A stretch of 49,474 bases of DNA, counting the filler, from Bipalium vagum (taxonomy: Eukaryota): the NCBI GenBank assembly GCA_037834085.1. It is 2 parts of 2 records of this genome, joined end to end, with 100 filler letters (N's around TTAATTAATTAA, not from the genome) between each part and the next. Parts side by side here need not be neighbours in the genome. Positions count along the whole stretch, not along the records: positions 28,290 to 49,474 come from JBBMKC010240854.1; 1 more part is not named here. The stretch is one strand, 5' to 3'. The notes below the pieces were generated by a model that ran no database searches, was not told the DNA's origin, and saw only the letters and a list, made by a program, of their open reading frames with translations. Below are positions 47,365 to 49,474 of the stretch, one piece after another (position 1 is the stretch's first letter; the number at the start of each line of letters is the position of its first letter). The position numbers and the translations under genes were made by a program.

Positions 47365-49189
47365 CTAAAGAATTTAGAAACTTTAGTTATTTGTTTTTAC
47401 TTTAAATTTTATCATGAAAAATTAAGTCAGGATTATTTCTCTGATAACAATTTTTTATAATATCTTAGACTGTTGCTTTTTTGTTAATATATTATAATAG
47501 TATTTTTAATAATAGTATTAGTAATAAATAAAATATTACATATTATTTATATTAATGGTAGCGAAATTCTCATTATTTTTTATCAACTTTATGACTTATA
47601 AAACAAAAGTATTATTAAAATATTTGTTTAAATAATTCAAATAATCATATGACAATTTGTAATGCAAATCGATAAAATTCAAATTTATCATTGCCTGATA
47701 TTTACGGTTTAGTTCATGTATAACGGCAAATAATGTCCAGGGATTGATTTTTGAAATGAGTAAAAAAATATGAGAATTGATTTAGTAACTTTCAAAGCAG
47801 TGATTTTTATTATCTCAAAAAACCAAGACCTGCAGATGTTAAGATTTTGTCACTAAGAAACTTCATGAGTTTTTGGATGATGATGATGATGATGGTGTGA
47901 ATGTGACGGTGAGAATAAAATAATAAACAGTAAATTACTTCAAATGATGGATATGATTATCATTGACATGGGAAAGTTTTATATGTTTGGCTCAGTTCTG
48001 CTTAAGAATTTTTTCCAAATATTATGGGTTTTGATAATCTTCCTGACCGGACACTTTTGTATAATTGTATTGATTTCTTTTTTTTAAGACAATAAAGATA
48101 ACAAATTCAAGACTATTAATTTTTTACATCATTAGTTAATTGACAGAAAAAGACTGCGCAACTTCAGCGATAGAGAAAGAAGTTTCTTGTGGTAGATCTC
48201 AAATGAACTAATTATCAAAACCCATTGAATAATTATTTATATGTAGACTGATAAAAAAAATAGCATGTACTGAGAAATACCATACTTCTTTCTTCTATGA
48301 TCTGGTAGGACTCAATTGAATTCTTTATTCAGACCTTTAAAGGACCAAACAATGTGACATTGATCAAATACGAAGCTATAGAGAAGCTACACCGAAAAAA
48401 ATGTAAAGTAAGGAATGAAGATTAACCATTCGTCCTACACGAAGGAGATAAGCCTAACGTTGCTTCATCCTCCGAAACAAAACTACAACAGTCGGAATAA
48501 CACCCAGGGTAGTCCCTTGATCTTTCATCCAATTATTATGCCTCCTGTGATTCCAAAACATTCTTGCAAATTAAAAAAGCAATTTAGCACAATTTTTGAT
48601 TGATTCTTTCTTTGACTTGAACTAGAAATAATATTTTCAAAAGGGGATCCATTCTTTATATGAAAATTACCACATCCAAGCTTTGCAAACTTTCACTAAT
48701 TTATCGGTTAACTAATATATATTATTATTATAAATCTATGAATTATCTCTCAAGCGTGACGCCGTTTCACTGATCATTCGACAAAGCTTATTTACCAGTA
48801 ACAAGAATCTGTGGTTCCTCTTCATCTTCTTCATCCTGGTCTGAACCCAGGTCAAGGGGACCGAACAGTCAGTTTTGAAATGAAAAGTCGTATCAACATC
48901 AAAAGATCAAAGATGATGGCTCTCAAGCTTAGCGAGCATGAAAAGGTCGAAAATCTGAGGATCAAAAGATTAACGAAAGGGACCTCGTGTTTTTATTATT
49001 AATAAATATAATTTTCTTCACATCAGCGAGATCTTGTTTATGTTCTTCAATTAAAGTGTTCATGAAAATGATACAGTAACATTTTGTTATAAAATAAATA
49101 AAACTTTGTGGATTTGTAAATTATCACGTAATTTTATATTTATCTCATTCGTTGAAAACTGTTATTATTTTCCAATTTTTATTATTTTA

Positions 49190-49379
49190 AATTATTGCCT
49201 ATTTAATCCAATTATTTTATAATATTATTTATTATTATAATTATTTTTTATTTATTATTATAATTATTTTTTATTTATTATTTATAATTATAAGTATTAT
49301 TTATTTATATTTTTTTTAATATTATTTATTATTATTATTTATCCTTATAATTATTATTTATTTTTATTTTTTATTAATA

Positions 49380-49412
<33 letters not shown>

Positions 49413-49474
49413 TTTTATTTTTTATTTTGATTAATATTAATATTAATTAAAATCATTGTATATGATAAAATAAA
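49190..49474. repeat. Degenerate (TTA)n / AT-only low-complexity tract
   Basis: Visible in sequence, with a pure (TTA)n run at ~49383-49411. Confidence 0.85.

Overview
AT-rich, intron-containing animal (invertebrate) genomic DNA with five N-gaps; it is not prokaryotic and the species cannot be identified from sequence alone. By tracing GT-AG splice sites by hand I can build five spliced genes. (1) A minus-strand micro-exon gene that the ORF track misses (about 12785 to 3278). It has at least 14 coding exons of 13-52 nt, mostly separated by 31-64 nt introns, and encodes a Tyr/Gly/Pro/Gln-rich protein with roughly one YG(P/A/S)x(Q) unit per exon. A 6.5 kb Maverick/Polinton relic sits inside one of its introns, whose empty site would be 36 nt. 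(2) A 6-exon Polo-like kinase (+, 14399-16321) in which the APE glutamate is replaced by His and the partner subdomain-XI arginine appears to be missing. (3) An intact-frame STE/MAP3K-like pseudokinase (-, 25781-22792; HRD to FRN, DFG to DFE). (4) The S5-pore-S6-CNBD half of an HCN channel (+, 28366-39125). (5) The 3' part of an Alx/Cart-like paired-type homeobox gene (-, 47364-42338). The rest is decayed DNA transposons (mariner, Tc1, maT-like, pogo/Tigger, Maverick fragments) and (TAA)n microsatellites. The best candidate for something undescribed is the modular micro-exon repeat gene. All gene models are manual predictions with no transcript evidence, and transposon boundaries are approximate unless stated.
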